The notes: a model not told the origin generated them from the letters alone. 64,000 bases of DNA from Tepidisphaera sp. (GCA_050916045.1 CP051526.1:3392001-3456000), one strand, 5' to 3'; counted from the first letter of the stretch, positions 45,527 through 56,170 are shown. Numbers and translations are program-made.

Positions 45527-46060
45527 CTAGACCGCGACGTAGGCGAGTACGACGGCGGACGCGCCGCACAGAATCACTCCCGCCATCGCCCACCATGCCC
45601 ATCGGCGCGGGAGCAGTGTCAGCCAAGGCGAAACTCCGGCGCACACCAGGGCGAGCTTGTGCAAAGCCTTCGCGTTCGCAGAGTCAAACACAACCGCATC
45701 AGCGTTGTTGCGACTTATCCACACATTCGCGGCGTACGGATCGAAGCCCGCCCGGATCATCCGCTCGAGAATCACCGAATGCGCGACGCTGGCGTGCGCC
45801 AGCCACATCGCGACCCAAGCGACGATCGCCGCACCGAGGAACGCCGCTCGCCATCGCACAAACTCGACGATCGTGCGGTCCGGGGCGGCCGGTCTGCGCT
45901 CGCGGCCATCGCACTCCGGGCAGCGGGCTTCACGGTCAAGCCCCGCGAGGTCGTACTCGCAGTTGTCGCAAAGGGAAACCGACCTGTCGCTCCGCTCGAC
46001 GCGAGTCCGCACCACAAGCGCTGCAAACGCCACAAGGAAAGACAGCGCCACGTAGCCCAT
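45527..46060 (-). CDS. Membrane protein with zinc-ribbon motif
   Basis: TM helix, then CDNCEYDLAGLDREARCPECD and further TM segments. Confidence 0.65.
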   Translation of the reverse strand: MGYVALSFLVAFAALVVRTRVERSDRSVSLCDNCEYDLAGLDREARCPECDGRERRPAAPDRTIVEFVRWRAAFLGAAIVAWVAMWLAHASVAHSVILERMIRAGFDPYAANVWISRNNADAVVFDSANAKALHKLALVCAGVSPWLTLLPRRWAWWAMAGVILCGASAVVLAYVAV

Positions 46061-46074
46061 GGGGTCTCAACCCT

Positions 46075-47457
46075 TCAGGAGTGCAGGGCCGGCGTCACAA
46101 CGCCGTCGCACACGCCGAACCCGATCCGGCGCCGTCCGGGGCTTTCGCACCAGCCGCGCATCACGACGCGGTCGCCGTCGGCGAGGAAGGTGCGCTTTTC
46201 GCCGGTGGGGAGCTCAATCGGCGTGCGCGGCTTGGGCTTGCCGGTGGCCGGGTCGACGCCCGCCCATGTTGATTCGAGCAGACACCCGCGGCTTTCGCCG
46301 CTCGGACCGCTGACGGTGCCGCTCGCGATCAGATCGCCGACCTGAAGGTTGCAGCCGTTGCTGGTGTGGTGCGTGAGCATCTGGGCGAGCGTCCAGTACA
46401 TATCGGCGAAGGTGCCGCGAGCGACGACCTTCGGGGGCATGTTCTTGGTGCGCATCTCGGCCGACTGGATCGCAACCTCGAGGTTGATCGCGAAACCGCC
46501 GTGCTTCTGGTCGCCATCGTCAAGGAGGTACGCGAGCGGCTTGGGGTCGCTCGCGCCGCGAGCGGCACCGGGAGCCCGAAACGGCGCGAGGGCTTCCATC
46601 GTCACGATGAACGGGCTGATCGTCGTCGCGAAGTTCTTCGCGAGGAACGGGCCCAGCGGCTGATACTCCCACTTCTGGATGTCGCGGGCGGACCAGTCGT
46701 TGACGAGGCAGAGGCCCATCATGTGCTCTTCGGCTTCCGCCAGGGTCACGGGCTCGCCCAGCGGGTTGTGACGCCCGACGACGCACCCGACCTCAAGCTC
46801 GTAGTCGAGCATCTTGCAGGGGCCAAAGCTCGGTCCGGCCGCTTGGTTGTCGTCGGCCGGCGATTGCTGGCCTCGCGGACGGCGGATCTCCGACCCGCTG
46901 ATCACGATGGACGACGCCCGGCCGTGGTACCCGATCGGGACGTGCTTGTAGTTCGGGAGGAGCGGGTTGTCCGGCCGGAACATCGAGCCGACCGTCGTCG
47001 CGTGATGGATGCTCGCGTAGAAATCGGTGTAGTTCTCGATGTCCACCGGCGGGTAAAGCGTCGTCGAGTCGAGCGGCTTCAAACACTTGTCGCGAAGCCT
47101 GCGTGCCTGCTGGCCGCCGCTCTTGGCCGTCGGCCCGTCCGCCCGCAGGTAGTTCTGCACCGCCCGGCGGATCTCGCTGAGCATGCCGGGTTCCTCCGCG
47201 GCGTACGCCCACGTGGGAACGTGAAGCAGCTCGACGATCTCCTCGTCAAGTTCGAGCGCCCCCGCGCTCGAAAGCGTCGAGACGTCGAGGATCTGGTCCC
47301 CGATCGGGATGCCGAGGTGCGCGTGGGTGTGCCCGTCGTGCTCGGCAAGGAACGCACCAAGCGGCAGGTTCTGGATCGGAAAGTCCGTCGCGGGGTCGTT
47401 CGCGGATTCGACCCAGGACTTAAGGGATGGGTCGTGCGTCTCGTTGATCTCGTGCAT
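46075..47457 (-). CDS. fahA: Fumarylacetoacetase
   Basis: DFPIQNLP, YTDFYAS..HA, PIGYHGRASS, LDYELE, NDWSARDIQ.WEY.PLGPF, SGTVSG. Confidence 0.95.
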   Translation of the reverse strand: MHEINETHDPSLKSWVESANDPATDFPIQNLPLGAFLAEHDGHTHAHLGIPIGDQILDVSTLSSAGALELDEEIVELLHVPTWAYAAEEPGMLSEIRRAVQNYLRADGPTAKSGGQQARRLRDKCLKPLDSTTLYPPVDIENYTDFYASIHHATTVGSMFRPDNPLLPNYKHVPIGYHGRASSIVISGSEIRRPRGQQSPADDNQAAGPSFGPCKMLDYELEVGCVVGRHNPLGEPVTLAEAEEHMMGLCLVNDWSARDIQKWEYQPLGPFLAKNFATTISPFIVTMEALAPFRAPGAARGASDPKPLAYLLDDGDQKHGGFAINLEVAIQSAEMRTKNMPPKVVARGTFADMYWTLAQMLTHHTSNGCNLQVGDLIASGTVSGPSGESRGCLLESTWAGVDPATGKPKPRTPIELPTGEKRTFLADGDRVVMRGWCESPGRRRIGFGVCDGVVTPALHS

Positions 47458-47536
47458 AAGCCATGATACTGCCGGTCGGATGCCGCCGCGAGGAAGGACG
47501 CCGAAACCCCCCGGCCCGCCTCCGGTACACTGCGCC

Positions 47537-49045
47537 ATGCGAACGCTTGCCCTGACCGCTCTTGCTTTCCTGCTCCCGCTCACCCCCGCTCTGGCGCAGG
47601 ACGCCCAGCCCGCCCAGCCGGCCTCCAACGAGCCGCAGGCCACTCAGGCTTCCTCCTTCGAACTGCTGCTTGACGCACAAGCCCATCCCAAGCCCTATTC
47701 CGGCCGCGTCTACCTCGTCTTCTCGACCCGTCACAACACCGAGCCCCGCCGCATGATGGGCGACTGGTTCTCCAAGACCCAGATCGTCGCGCTCGACGTA
47801 CAAGCGGTCGCACCCGGCTCGAGCTTCGGCATCCCCGACGGTGCCATGGGCTGGCCCCAAGCTCCCAAGGACATCCCCGCCGGCGAGTACACCGTGCAAG
47901 CCGTCGCCCGCGTCAATCCCGACGCCCCCACCGCCGGCGAGGGTGCTGGCGACCTTTACTCCAAGCCGCTCCGAGTGAAGTTTGACCGCTCCGTGCCCAC
48001 GCTCGTGCCTACCCGCCTGGTGCTCGACCAGACCGTCGCCGAACGCAAGTTCCGCGAGAACGACCGCGTCAAGCTCTTCGAGATGAAGAGCCCGAGCTTG
48101 TCCAAGTTCCTCGGCCGTGACCGCACGATCCGCGCCGGCGTCGTGCTTCCCAAGGAGTGGAAGGACGACCAGGCTTCGTCATACCCGACGCTGGTGTGGA
48201 TCCCAGGCTTCGGCGGAGACCATCACGGTGCGAGCGCCATGTCCCGCATGCTCGGCGATGACTGCCTGATCATCGTCCCCGACCCGTCGTGCTACCGCGG
48301 CCACTCGGTCTTTGCCGACAGCGCCAACAACGGCCCCTGGGGCCAGGCTTTGGTCGAAGAGCTCATCCCGGCGATCGAAGCCAAGTTCCACGGCGCGAAG
48401 TCCGCCGACAACCGGTTCGTTTCCGGCATGTCTTCCGGCGGCTGGTCAAGCCTCTGGCTTCAGGTCTCTTACCCCGACTTCTTCGGCGGCGTCTGGTCGC
48501 ACTGCCCCGACCCCGTCGATTTCCGAGACTTCCAGCAGATCAACCTCTACGAGCCGGGCATGAACCTCTTCAAGGATCCCCAGGGCGGCCGCCGCCCGGT
48601 CGCCCGTCAGGGCGACACCCCCTCGCTCTTCATGGAGGACTTCGTCGCCCAGGAGGAAGTCATGGGCCCCGGCGGCCAGATCCACGCATTCGAAGCCGTT
48701 TTCTCGCCCAGGCTGGCCGACGGCCAGCCCCGCCCCATGTTCGACCGCAAGACCGGCGCCATCGACGTCGAAACCGCCAAGCTTTGGAAGCCCTACGACA
48801 TCCGCCTCAAGCTCGAACGCGAGTGGTCGACCCTCGGACCCAAGCTCAAGGGCAAGCTCCACATCTATGCCGGCGAGAAGGACACCTTTTACCTCGAGGG
48901 TGCCACGCGCCGCCTCGGCGAAACGCTCAAGGCGCTCGGAAGCGATGCCACCGTGGAGATCATCCCGGGAATGCCCCACACGATCCACCGCGCCGGCATC
49001 ACATCCATGCTCAACGACATCAAAGCGAGGCAGGGCAAGCCCTAA
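47537..49045 (+). CDS. Secreted alpha/beta hydrolase (esterase family)
   Basis: Signal peptide, FADSANNGPWG, GMSSGGW nucleophile elbow, PDPVDF. Confidence 0.85.
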   Translation: MRTLALTALAFLLPLTPALAQDAQPAQPASNEPQATQASSFELLLDAQAHPKPYSGRVYLVFSTRHNTEPRRMMGDWFSKTQIVALDVQAVAPGSSFGIPDGAMGWPQAPKDIPAGEYTVQAVARVNPDAPTAGEGAGDLYSKPLRVKFDRSVPTLVPTRLVLDQTVAERKFRENDRVKLFEMKSPSLSKFLGRDRTIRAGVVLPKEWKDDQASSYPTLVWIPGFGGDHHGASAMSRMLGDDCLIIVPDPSCYRGHSVFADSANNGPWGQALVEELIPAIEAKFHGAKSADNRFVSGMSSGGWSSLWLQVSYPDFFGGVWSHCPDPVDFRDFQQINLYEPGMNLFKDPQGGRRPVARQGDTPSLFMEDFVAQEEVMGPGGQIHAFEAVFSPRLADGQPRPMFDRKTGAIDVETAKLWKPYDIRLKLEREWSTLGPKLKGKLHIYAGEKDTFYLEGATRRLGETLKALGSDATVEIIPGMPHTIHRAGITSMLNDIKARQGKP

Positions 49046-49077
49046 GCCGCCAACACGGGCTCACCCGACGCGCCAGA

Positions 49078-49344
49078 TCACTTCTTCGACGAGTAGTAGT
49101 CCAGGTTGATCTGCACGAACCGGTTCCACTCCGCCGGAAGGTCGTCCTGCGGGAAGATCGCTTTCACCGGACACTCATCGACGCACAGACCGCAGTCGAT
49201 GCAGGTGTCGGGGTCGATGTAAAGCTGGTCGGTCTTGCCGAAGTCCGCCTCGTTCTTCGTCGGGTGGATGCAGTCCACGGGGCACACCTCAACGCACGAG
49301 GTGTCTTTCGTTCCGATGCAGGGCTCAGCGATGATGTGCGGCAT
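49078..49344 (-). CDS. Dicluster (7Fe-type) ferredoxin
   Basis: CIGTKDTSCVEVCPVDC..CIDCGLCVDECP. Confidence 0.93.
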   Translation of the reverse strand: MPHIIAEPCIGTKDTSCVEVCPVDCIHPTKNEADFGKTDQLYIDPDTCIDCGLCVDECPVKAIFPQDDLPAEWNRFVQINLDYYSSKK

Positions 49345-49482
49345 GGTCCGGGGGTCTCGATGTCGCCCGCTTCCGGTCGCGGAGGGGCGCAAGCGGTGGC
49401 TGTCGCGGGCCGCCCGACGCGGCATTCGCTTGGCCCATCGTAGAACCCGGGAGCCCGCTCCGCACGCCCCGCCCCCCCGGGG

Positions 49483-51279
49483 TCAGCACCCGGCTTCGAA
49501 CGCCTCGACAAAGGCGTCGTAGTCAAAGAAATCGACGAACCCGTCGGCGTTGAAATCCGGCGTCGTCCCTTCCGGGCACCTCCCGGCTTCGAAACACGCC
49601 GCAAAGGCGTCGTAATCGAAGAAGTCCCCGAATCCGTCCTGGTTGAAGTCCGCAGGGCACGACGCTTGGAACTCCAAGGCTCCGCAGTCCACCGGCTGTG
49701 GCTGCCCTCCGACACCGTCCGGAACGCTGACGTCCTGCCGGGTCCTGTCGCTCCCGGCCAGATCGACGACGACATCCGCCGGGAGCGCCTCGCTCAACCC
49801 CTGATCGATCGCAGGCGAGCCTGCTCGAAGGCCGTAGTCGTCATCAATCGTCCCCGCCACATCGTCGGCTCCGTCAGGGTCGACGAAGTTCGGGTCGGCC
49901 GCGAACACGCCGCTCCCGGGGACCCCGCCCGTCCAGCCCTGGAGCAGCGTGTTGTTCACCCTCACCGTCGGGTTGCCGAACGTCGAGATCCACAAGCCGT
50001 CAAGCTGAGTCTGCCCGCGCCGCCCGGTGTTGTTCCAGATGATGCAGTTGTCGACGCGAAGCTCGCCGCTCGCCACCGCGACCGCTCCCGCCGCTTGCGA
50101 CCCGCCGTTGCCGGCGACCGTGCAGTTCAAAAGTTCAAGTTCAGCGTTGGTCGTGAAGATCGGCGTTCCATCCGCACGAGGATTCGCGATGAACCGATGG
50201 CCGGTGAACAGGCAGTTGATCGCTTGCACACGCGGCCATCCCTCCGCATGGTCGATGCCGCGCACGTAGAGCCCGTCGCCAAGGTCGCCGTTGGCTTGGT
50301 TCGCGATGAACCGCGAATTCCCGATTCGAGCTTCGCCTGCAAAGACCGAGACTCCCCCGCCCCCGTTCGACGCGTTGCGTTCAAACACTGATGAATGCAC
50401 CTCAAGCCCGCCATAGGACAGGATGCCGCCGCCGGAGGTCGCTCCGATCATCCCCGTATTGGCTCGAAACTGGCAGAAGTCGACGAGGACATCGCCGGGA
50501 AGTGTCGCGATCTGAGCGACGGGGCCGGAATACACCCCAACGCCGCTGCCGCCGATGTTGGCTTGGAAGACGGAATTGCGGAGTTCAAGCGTGCCGCCGT
50601 CGGTCACCGTCGCTCCCGCGCCGTGCGACGTCCCGGTGTTCCCGACGAAAGTGCAGTACTCCGTCGTCACCTGACCGCGCTGGATGAACACCCCGCCGCC
50701 CGACCGCGCGTAGTTGCCCTCAAGAACACAGCCCACCAGCGCGAGGACCGCGTCGGTCGCAAGCACGCCCGCGCCGTCGTCGCGAGCAACCTGGTTCGAA
50801 GGTCCGTAGTCCCGCGCGTTGCCCGCTCGGATCGTCACGCCGTCGATCACCGTCCCGTGCGAGGTCCCGCTCACGATCACGACGTGAGCGCTGTTGTCCG
50901 AGCCGGGCCCGCTCGCGCCGTCGTTTTCGGACAGATCGCCCGAGAGAATCGTCCGGTTGACGACCTGATTCCGCTGGTTGAGCGAGCTCTCATTGCCGAC
51001 AAAGCCGCCGATCAGCCGGACCTCGCTGGGAAGCACAAATCCCGCTTCTCGCGATCCCCCCGGGGGTGCGGGCGTGTACGTTCCCTGACTGACCCATACC
51101 TCCGTTCCCGGAAGTGCCGATGCGAGCGCCGTTCGCAACCCCTCGCTCCCGCGATACGCGTTCGCCCACGAGGTCCCGTTGTTCAAGCCAGTCGTGAGGT
51201 TCGCGCGAACATACACCACATCCGCCATCGCGGACGAAACCAAGCCGAGAACGACACCGCCGATCCAGCATGTGCGCAT
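49483..51279 (-). CDS. Secreted parallel beta-helix (Pmp-like repeat) protein with GC-type dockerin tail
   Basis: NNGTSWANA, ILSGD, repeated F..N...GGG(V/I), terminal DFFDYDAFVEAFEAGC. Confidence 0.8.
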   Translation of the reverse strand: MRTCWIGGVVLGLVSSAMADVVYVRANLTTGLNNGTSWANAYRGSEGLRTALASALPGTEVWVSQGTYTPAPPGGSREAGFVLPSEVRLIGGFVGNESSLNQRNQVVNRTILSGDLSENDGASGPGSDNSAHVVIVSGTSHGTVIDGVTIRAGNARDYGPSNQVARDDGAGVLATDAVLALVGCVLEGNYARSGGGVFIQRGQVTTEYCTFVGNTGTSHGAGATVTDGGTLELRNSVFQANIGGSGVGVYSGPVAQIATLPGDVLVDFCQFRANTGMIGATSGGGILSYGGLEVHSSVFERNASNGGGGVSVFAGEARIGNSRFIANQANGDLGDGLYVRGIDHAEGWPRVQAINCLFTGHRFIANPRADGTPIFTTNAELELLNCTVAGNGGSQAAGAVAVASGELRVDNCIIWNNTGRRGQTQLDGLWISTFGNPTVRVNNTLLQGWTGGVPGSGVFAADPNFVDPDGADDVAGTIDDDYGLRAGSPAIDQGLSEALPADVVVDLAGSDRTRQDVSVPDGVGGQPQPVDCGALEFQASCPADFNQDGFGDFFDYDAFAACFEAGRCPEGTTPDFNADGFVDFFDYDAFVEAFEAGC

Positions 51280-51370
51280 GAGAATCCCTCCAACGGAGCG
51301 TTCCGCGAGAGAATCCGCGTGCACGCTCAGAGAAAGATGTCACCACTCGCCACACGGATTGCGTCGTCAC

Positions 51371-54300
51371 TCAGCAGCCGGTCTCGAACGCGGTCACGAA
51401 GCCGTCATAATCAAAGAAGTCGATGAACCCGTCGGCGTTGAAATCGCCAAGGGAAGTCCCGGTCTCGAACGCCGTGACGAAGTCGCCGTAGTCGAAGAAG
51501 TCGATGAACAGGTCGCCATTGGCATCCACCGACCCCGGTCCCCCGGGGAAACTCGCCGGATTCGATCCGTCGGTGCAAACTCGCCGCTCATCCGCGTCCA
51601 ACCAGCCGTCCCCGTCCCGGTCCACGCCCATCCGTTCCTCCGTGCCCCGGACCACGGCGGTCAGGGTCAGAGGCCGCGCGAGCGTCCCCGACGCGATCAG
51701 CGTCGCGTGGGTGACCGTCACGCCCTGCGTGTCCGTGCGCCAGACATTGCCGCCCGCGTACGCGTACCCGCTCACGAGGCCCGTGCCGTCGGGCTGCTTG
51801 ATGATCAGCCCGAGCTTGTTCGCGTTCGCAAGCGTCAGAAGCGTCGCGATCGTGGTGGCGGGCGTGCCAGAAGGGGCGCCGGTCAGCGTGACCTGCGTCC
51901 CCACGGCCGTCGGCGTGTCCAGGCTCGGCTCGCCCGGCGGTTCAAGCGGATTGTTCACCGATCCCTGCGGAAGTTCCGATCCGGTGATCGAGAGAATCAG
52001 CGCCGTGATGTCCGCGACCTCCTGATCGCTGTTCACGTTGAACGCGGGTTCGGAGATGAACCGCTCAAGCGAGTCGACCGATCCGTCGTGCAGATACCCG
52101 AATCCCGCGGTGTTGCGGGTCTGCGTGGTGTTGAACCCAACCTTCTTGTACGCGTTGCGGAACTGGGGCACCTTGATCGCCCGGTTGGTGGACCCATCGA
52201 CCGACACAAGAGAAAGGTGCTTCTCGCCGTGCGGGCCCGCCGGAAGGCGCTGGTAGACCCCGTTCACGAGCGTGTAATCCGTCCCCGCGCCGGTCGGAAG
52301 CGTGTGGCACGTCACGCACGCGAAGGCGCCGCGGTCCAGCCGCCGGGCCGTCGAGCGGTACACGCTCAGGCCTCGCACCGCGCTCCCCGCCGGAAGCGGC
52401 GTGCCCGCGTTCCCGAACCGGCCCGTCCGAAAGTGTCCCGGAAGCGGAAGATTGGTCGGAAGCGTGTTGTCCAGGTTGCGGTACGGGTTGGGCGGGTACG
52501 CGATGGTCGCGAGGAAATCCTCGAACTCCTGCATCTCGGTGGTGGAAAGCGTCGTGGCGTTGCCCTGAAGCCCCATGAACGCCGGCGCAAACGCTTCGAT
52601 TCCGCTCCGATCACCGCGCCAGTGGTGCGGCTCATGCCCGATGATGTCCTGCATCGTCTGCGTCGTCATCGGGCCCTTCATTGGATGGAACGGCGCGAAC
52701 CCGGGGTTCGCCGTCGCGGGGTTCAAGCCCGGAAGCCCCTGGCCGAGGTTGTTGCCGGTCAGCGGCTCGCTGTTACCCGAGGGATCGCCCAGATCCCACG
52801 CCAAGCGATCCATCTTCCCATCCACGTGGCAGCTCGCGCACGAGACGTGGCCGAGCCCGCTGTTGCGGTGGGTGTCGTAGAGGTGCTTGCGCCCGACCTT
52901 GATCGACGGCGGCGTCGGGTCAAACAGAGCGGACTGCGCCGCGACCGGTCCAAGCGAGCCGGACGAGACATCCACCGCCGTCACCGTCGCCGCGAACTTG
53001 CTCATGACGTAAAGCAGCCCGCGTGATTCATCCAGAGCCACGCCCGTCGGCCCTTCGGGGACTTCCACGCGAGAAAGAACCGCGCCCGTCACCGCGTCCA
53101 ACTCGATCACGTTGTTCGACCCCATCCCGGCGACATAGGCCCGCGAGCCGTCGCTTGTGAACACGACGCCGCGCGGATCGCCGATCGACTGGTGCCGGAT
53201 GTTGGCGGGCACGCTCGAGGTCGAATAGTCCAGGTGCGGGTTCAGGTCGCTCACCGACACCGCCCCGCCGTTCCCGGGCATCGTCGCCATGTTGACCCGC
53301 AGAAAGACGCCCTTAAGCACCGGCTCGAACCGGACGTGGTTCAAAGCATCGGTGCCGACAACCGAGACCTCGCCCGTCGCCGGATTCACACCCATCGCCA
53401 TGCAGATGTTCATCATCCCGCCCGTGTACGACACCGCGAGGTTGCTCGCGTTGATCGTCGCGACGTCATGATCGAGCAGGTCCCACCCCGGCCGCCGCCC
53501 GGACCTCGAAGCACTCGCGCCGCTGACCAGACTCGTCCAGTCCTGGCCGTTGTCATCGCGCCACGTCCCATCGGGTTGCTTCTTCACGATCAGACCGACG
53601 GCCGGCGGGGTCCCTGCCGCCGTGTTTCTCGGGGGGTTGAACCCGGCTCCGTCATTCGGCGGCGGATTCACGCCCCCGTAGGGCCCTGTGGCGTCGTTCA
53701 CCACATTCGGCGGAAAGCTGATCACCGGCGTCCCGTCACTGCCGCCGCCCAGGATCGTCGTGCCGTTCCCGGACTCGAACATCGCGACGTACACCTTCGT
53801 TCCGTCCGGGCTCACGGCCATCGCACGCGGCGTGTTGCCCTCGAGCGTGACCACCGTCGCGCCGGCGCTGAGGTTCGACAGGTCAAAGACGTGCACCTGG
53901 CCCGCCGTGCCGCACGAGACGAAAGCCCGCCCGCCCGCAAACACGACATCTCCCGGCTCATCGCCGACCTTCAGCGTGTTGACGACGCTCGCGGTCGAGA
54001 GATCCACGATGCTCACCGTGTCCGACAGGTGGTTGACCACCCAGACCTCCGTCGACGACCGCGCCCGCACGCTCACCGGATCCAACCCGACCGGCACCGT
54101 GCCCGCGTGGACCGGGCCCGTAGGACCCAGGTCAAAGAGCTCAATCGAAGCGTCCGCTGTATTGACCACCACCATTCCCTCGCCGCCGGGCATGATCTCG
54201 ATCGGATGGACGTGCGGCGTCTCCCAGTTGCGGAATGCCGGCCCGCCTCGGGGTTCGAACCCGCCGCCATCCGAGCCCTCCGCCACACCGGAACCGACCG

Positions 54301-54418
54301 GCTCCAGATCGTGCCGGTCCGGGCCCATGCCAAGCTGCGAAGCCGCCAGCGCCGCTCCGGCCGCAAGCACCAACCGAGACACGACCGCTTCCGAAACGAC
54401 CCCTCGCACGATCTTCAT
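51371..54418 (-). CDS. Secreted YVTN beta-propeller plus di-heme cytochrome c peroxidase-like protein with GC-type dockerin tail
   Basis: VGLDPVSV, VGDEP, VPEGPTG repeats. SCASCH and ACVTCH hemes, GYLHDGS, terminal DFFDYDGFVTAFETGC. Confidence 0.8.
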   Translation of the reverse strand: MKIVRGVVSEAVVSRLVLAAGAALAASQLGMGPDRHDLEPVGSGVAEGSDGGGFEPRGGPAFRNWETPHVHPIEIMPGGEGMVVVNTADASIELFDLGPTGPVHAGTVPVGLDPVSVRARSSTEVWVVNHLSDTVSIVDLSTASVVNTLKVGDEPGDVVFAGGRAFVSCGTAGQVHVFDLSNLSAGATVVTLEGNTPRAMAVSPDGTKVYVAMFESGNGTTILGGGSDGTPVISFPPNVVNDATGPYGGVNPPPNDGAGFNPPRNTAAGTPPAVGLIVKKQPDGTWRDDNGQDWTSLVSGASASRSGRRPGWDLLDHDVATINASNLAVSYTGGMMNICMAMGVNPATGEVSVVGTDALNHVRFEPVLKGVFLRVNMATMPGNGGAVSVSDLNPHLDYSTSSVPANIRHQSIGDPRGVVFTSDGSRAYVAGMGSNNVIELDAVTGAVLSRVEVPEGPTGVALDESRGLLYVMSKFAATVTAVDVSSGSLGPVAAQSALFDPTPPSIKVGRKHLYDTHRNSGLGHVSCASCHVDGKMDRLAWDLGDPSGNSEPLTGNNLGQGLPGLNPATANPGFAPFHPMKGPMTTQTMQDIIGHEPHHWRGDRSGIEAFAPAFMGLQGNATTLSTTEMQEFEDFLATIAYPPNPYRNLDNTLPTNLPLPGHFRTGRFGNAGTPLPAGSAVRGLSVYRSTARRLDRGAFACVTCHTLPTGAGTDYTLVNGVYQRLPAGPHGEKHLSLVSVDGSTNRAIKVPQFRNAYKKVGFNTTQTRNTAGFGYLHDGSVDSLERFISEPAFNVNSDQEVADITALILSITGSELPQGSVNNPLEPPGEPSLDTPTAVGTQVTLTGAPSGTPATTIATLLTLANANKLGLIIKQPDGTGLVSGYAYAGGNVWRTDTQGVTVTHATLIASGTLARPLTLTAVVRGTEERMGVDRDGDGWLDADERRVCTDGSNPASFPGGPGSVDANGDLFIDFFDYGDFVTAFETGTSLGDFNADGFIDFFDYDGFVTAFETGC

Positions 54419-54975
54419 GGCTTGCTCTCCGTGGCCGCGATGACGGCTTCTCAGTTCTGACCGCTTCGCCGGCCGCTCAGAATACTGGACGGCAGGCCGC
54501 CGGGGTGCGACATCTCGCCGTTCTGGAAGCGGTCTGCCCTCCTTCCTCCGGTTTCCGCCCAGCCGATTTCTCGCACCAAGCCATTCTCGCCGAAGCCGCG
54601 CTCAGAACGCGCCAAAAAAAAACGACGGGCCCGAATCGCAAGATCCGAACCCGCCGGTGGTGTAGAACAAAGGATGGAGCCCCGACACGGCCATTACGAT
54701 GGCCGAGAGAGGCGCAGGTCAAGTCGGACGCCATATCTCCGAGGGCGCAGGGCCCCCGCGCTTCCGCCTGATTCCGCACTCCAATATGCCACACGTTTCC
54801 TGCTTTGCCCACCCGTCACAGGCAGGAATCTTGTTTCACGCCGCAAATCTCGCGCGATTTCGAGGGTCAACTCCTAGAATCGGCAGTTACTCGGACCAGC
54901 CGACCCGTCCTTCGGCCGCTCTCGGGGCCAGCCGAGCTCCGGCCTGACCGAACATCACCCTTATTTCGGAGTCTG

Positions 54976-56127
54976 ATGATGCCCGACGCCACGTTCCCGA
55001 CCCAGTACGCCCCCATCAAGCCCTCAACCGACGTCCGCGCCGCCCTCGGCAAGGATGCCGACGCCCTCCTCAACTACGAGTCCAAGACCGTCAGCAAGAA
55101 CCAGCTTTACCTCCCCGGGCCGGACTTTGTGGACCGGGTCATGAGCCAGTCGGACCGGTCCCCCACCGTCCTCCGCAATTATCAGACCATCCTGAACACC
55201 GGCCGGCTCGCCGGCACGGGATACGTCTCCATCCTGCCGGTCGACCAGGGGATCGAGCACTCCGCCGGGGCTTCGTTCGCTCCGAACCCGGCGTACTTCG
55301 ACCCCGAGCAGATCGTCAAGCTGGCCATCGAGGGCGGGTGCAACGCGGTGGCGTCGACCATGGGTGTCTTGGCTTCGGTCAGCCGCAAGTACGCTCACAA
55401 GATCCCGTTCCTGGTCAAGTTCAACCACAACGAGATGCTGACGTACCCGAACGTCTTCAAGCAGTCGTACTTTGGCAGCATCCGCCAGTGCGCCGAGATG
55501 GGCGCCCTCGCCGTCGGAGCCACGATCTACTTCGGCAACGATTCCTGCCGCGATGAGATCGCGTACGTCTCGGACATGTTCGAGGAAGCCCACCAGTACG
55601 GCATGGTCACGGTCCTCTGGTGCTACACCCGCAACGCCAACTTCAAGGTAAAGGGCGCGGACGGCAAGAGCACCGACTACCACTCCTCCGCCGACCTCAC
55701 CGGCCAGGCCAACCACATGGGCGCGACGATCAAGGCCGACATCATCAAGCAGAAGCTCCCCACCAACAACGGCGGGTACGCGGCTCTCAACTCCGGCGGC
55801 TCCTCCTACGGCAAGTGGGACAAGCGCGTGTACACCGACCTCGCCGGCAGCGATGAAACCGGCCACGGCGGCCACCCGATTGACCTCTGCCGGTACCAGA
55901 TCCTCAACAACTACATGGGCCGCGTGCCGCTGATCAATTCCGGCGGCGAGAGCAAGGGCGCGACCGACCTGGGCGAAGCCGTCCACACCGCTGTCATCAA
56001 CAAGCGGGCTGGCGGCATGGGCCTCATCTCCGGCCGCAAAGCTTTCCAGAAGCCGATGCCCGAGGGCGTCAAGCTTCTGCACGCCGTGCAGGATGTCTAC
56101 CTCGACAAGTCGATCACGATCGCCTGA
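54976..56127 (+). CDS. fbaB: Class I fructose-bisphosphate aldolase
   Basis: [49 protein letters not shown]. Confidence 0.95.
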   Translation: MMPDATFPTQYAPIKPSTDVRAALGKDADALLNYESKTVSKNQLYLPGPDFVDRVMSQSDRSPTVLRNYQTILNTGRLAGTGYVSILPVDQGIEHSAGASFAPNPAYFDPEQIVKLAIEGGCNAVASTMGVLASVSRKYAHKIPFLVKFNHNEMLTYPNVFKQSYFGSIRQCAEMGALAVGATIYFGNDSCRDEIAYVSDMFEEAHQYGMVTVLWCYTRNANFKVKGADGKSTDYHSSADLTGQANHMGATIKADIIKQKLPTNNGGYAALNSGGSSYGKWDKRVYTDLAGSDETGHGGHPIDLCRYQILNNYMGRVPLINSGGESKGATDLGEAVHTAVINKRAGGMGLISGRKAFQKPMPEGVKLLHAVQDVYLDKSITIA

Positions 56128-56170
56128 ACCAAGCCCGGGTCCAGCCTGGCCGGTCGTCCGAATTCTTCAC

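Noticed and set aside
54419..54975. Riboswitch or small gene in the long divergent intergenic region
   Set aside because: Only short hairpins were found. No known aptamer motif or convincing RBS-led ORF was recognised, though an Rfam scan is still advisable.
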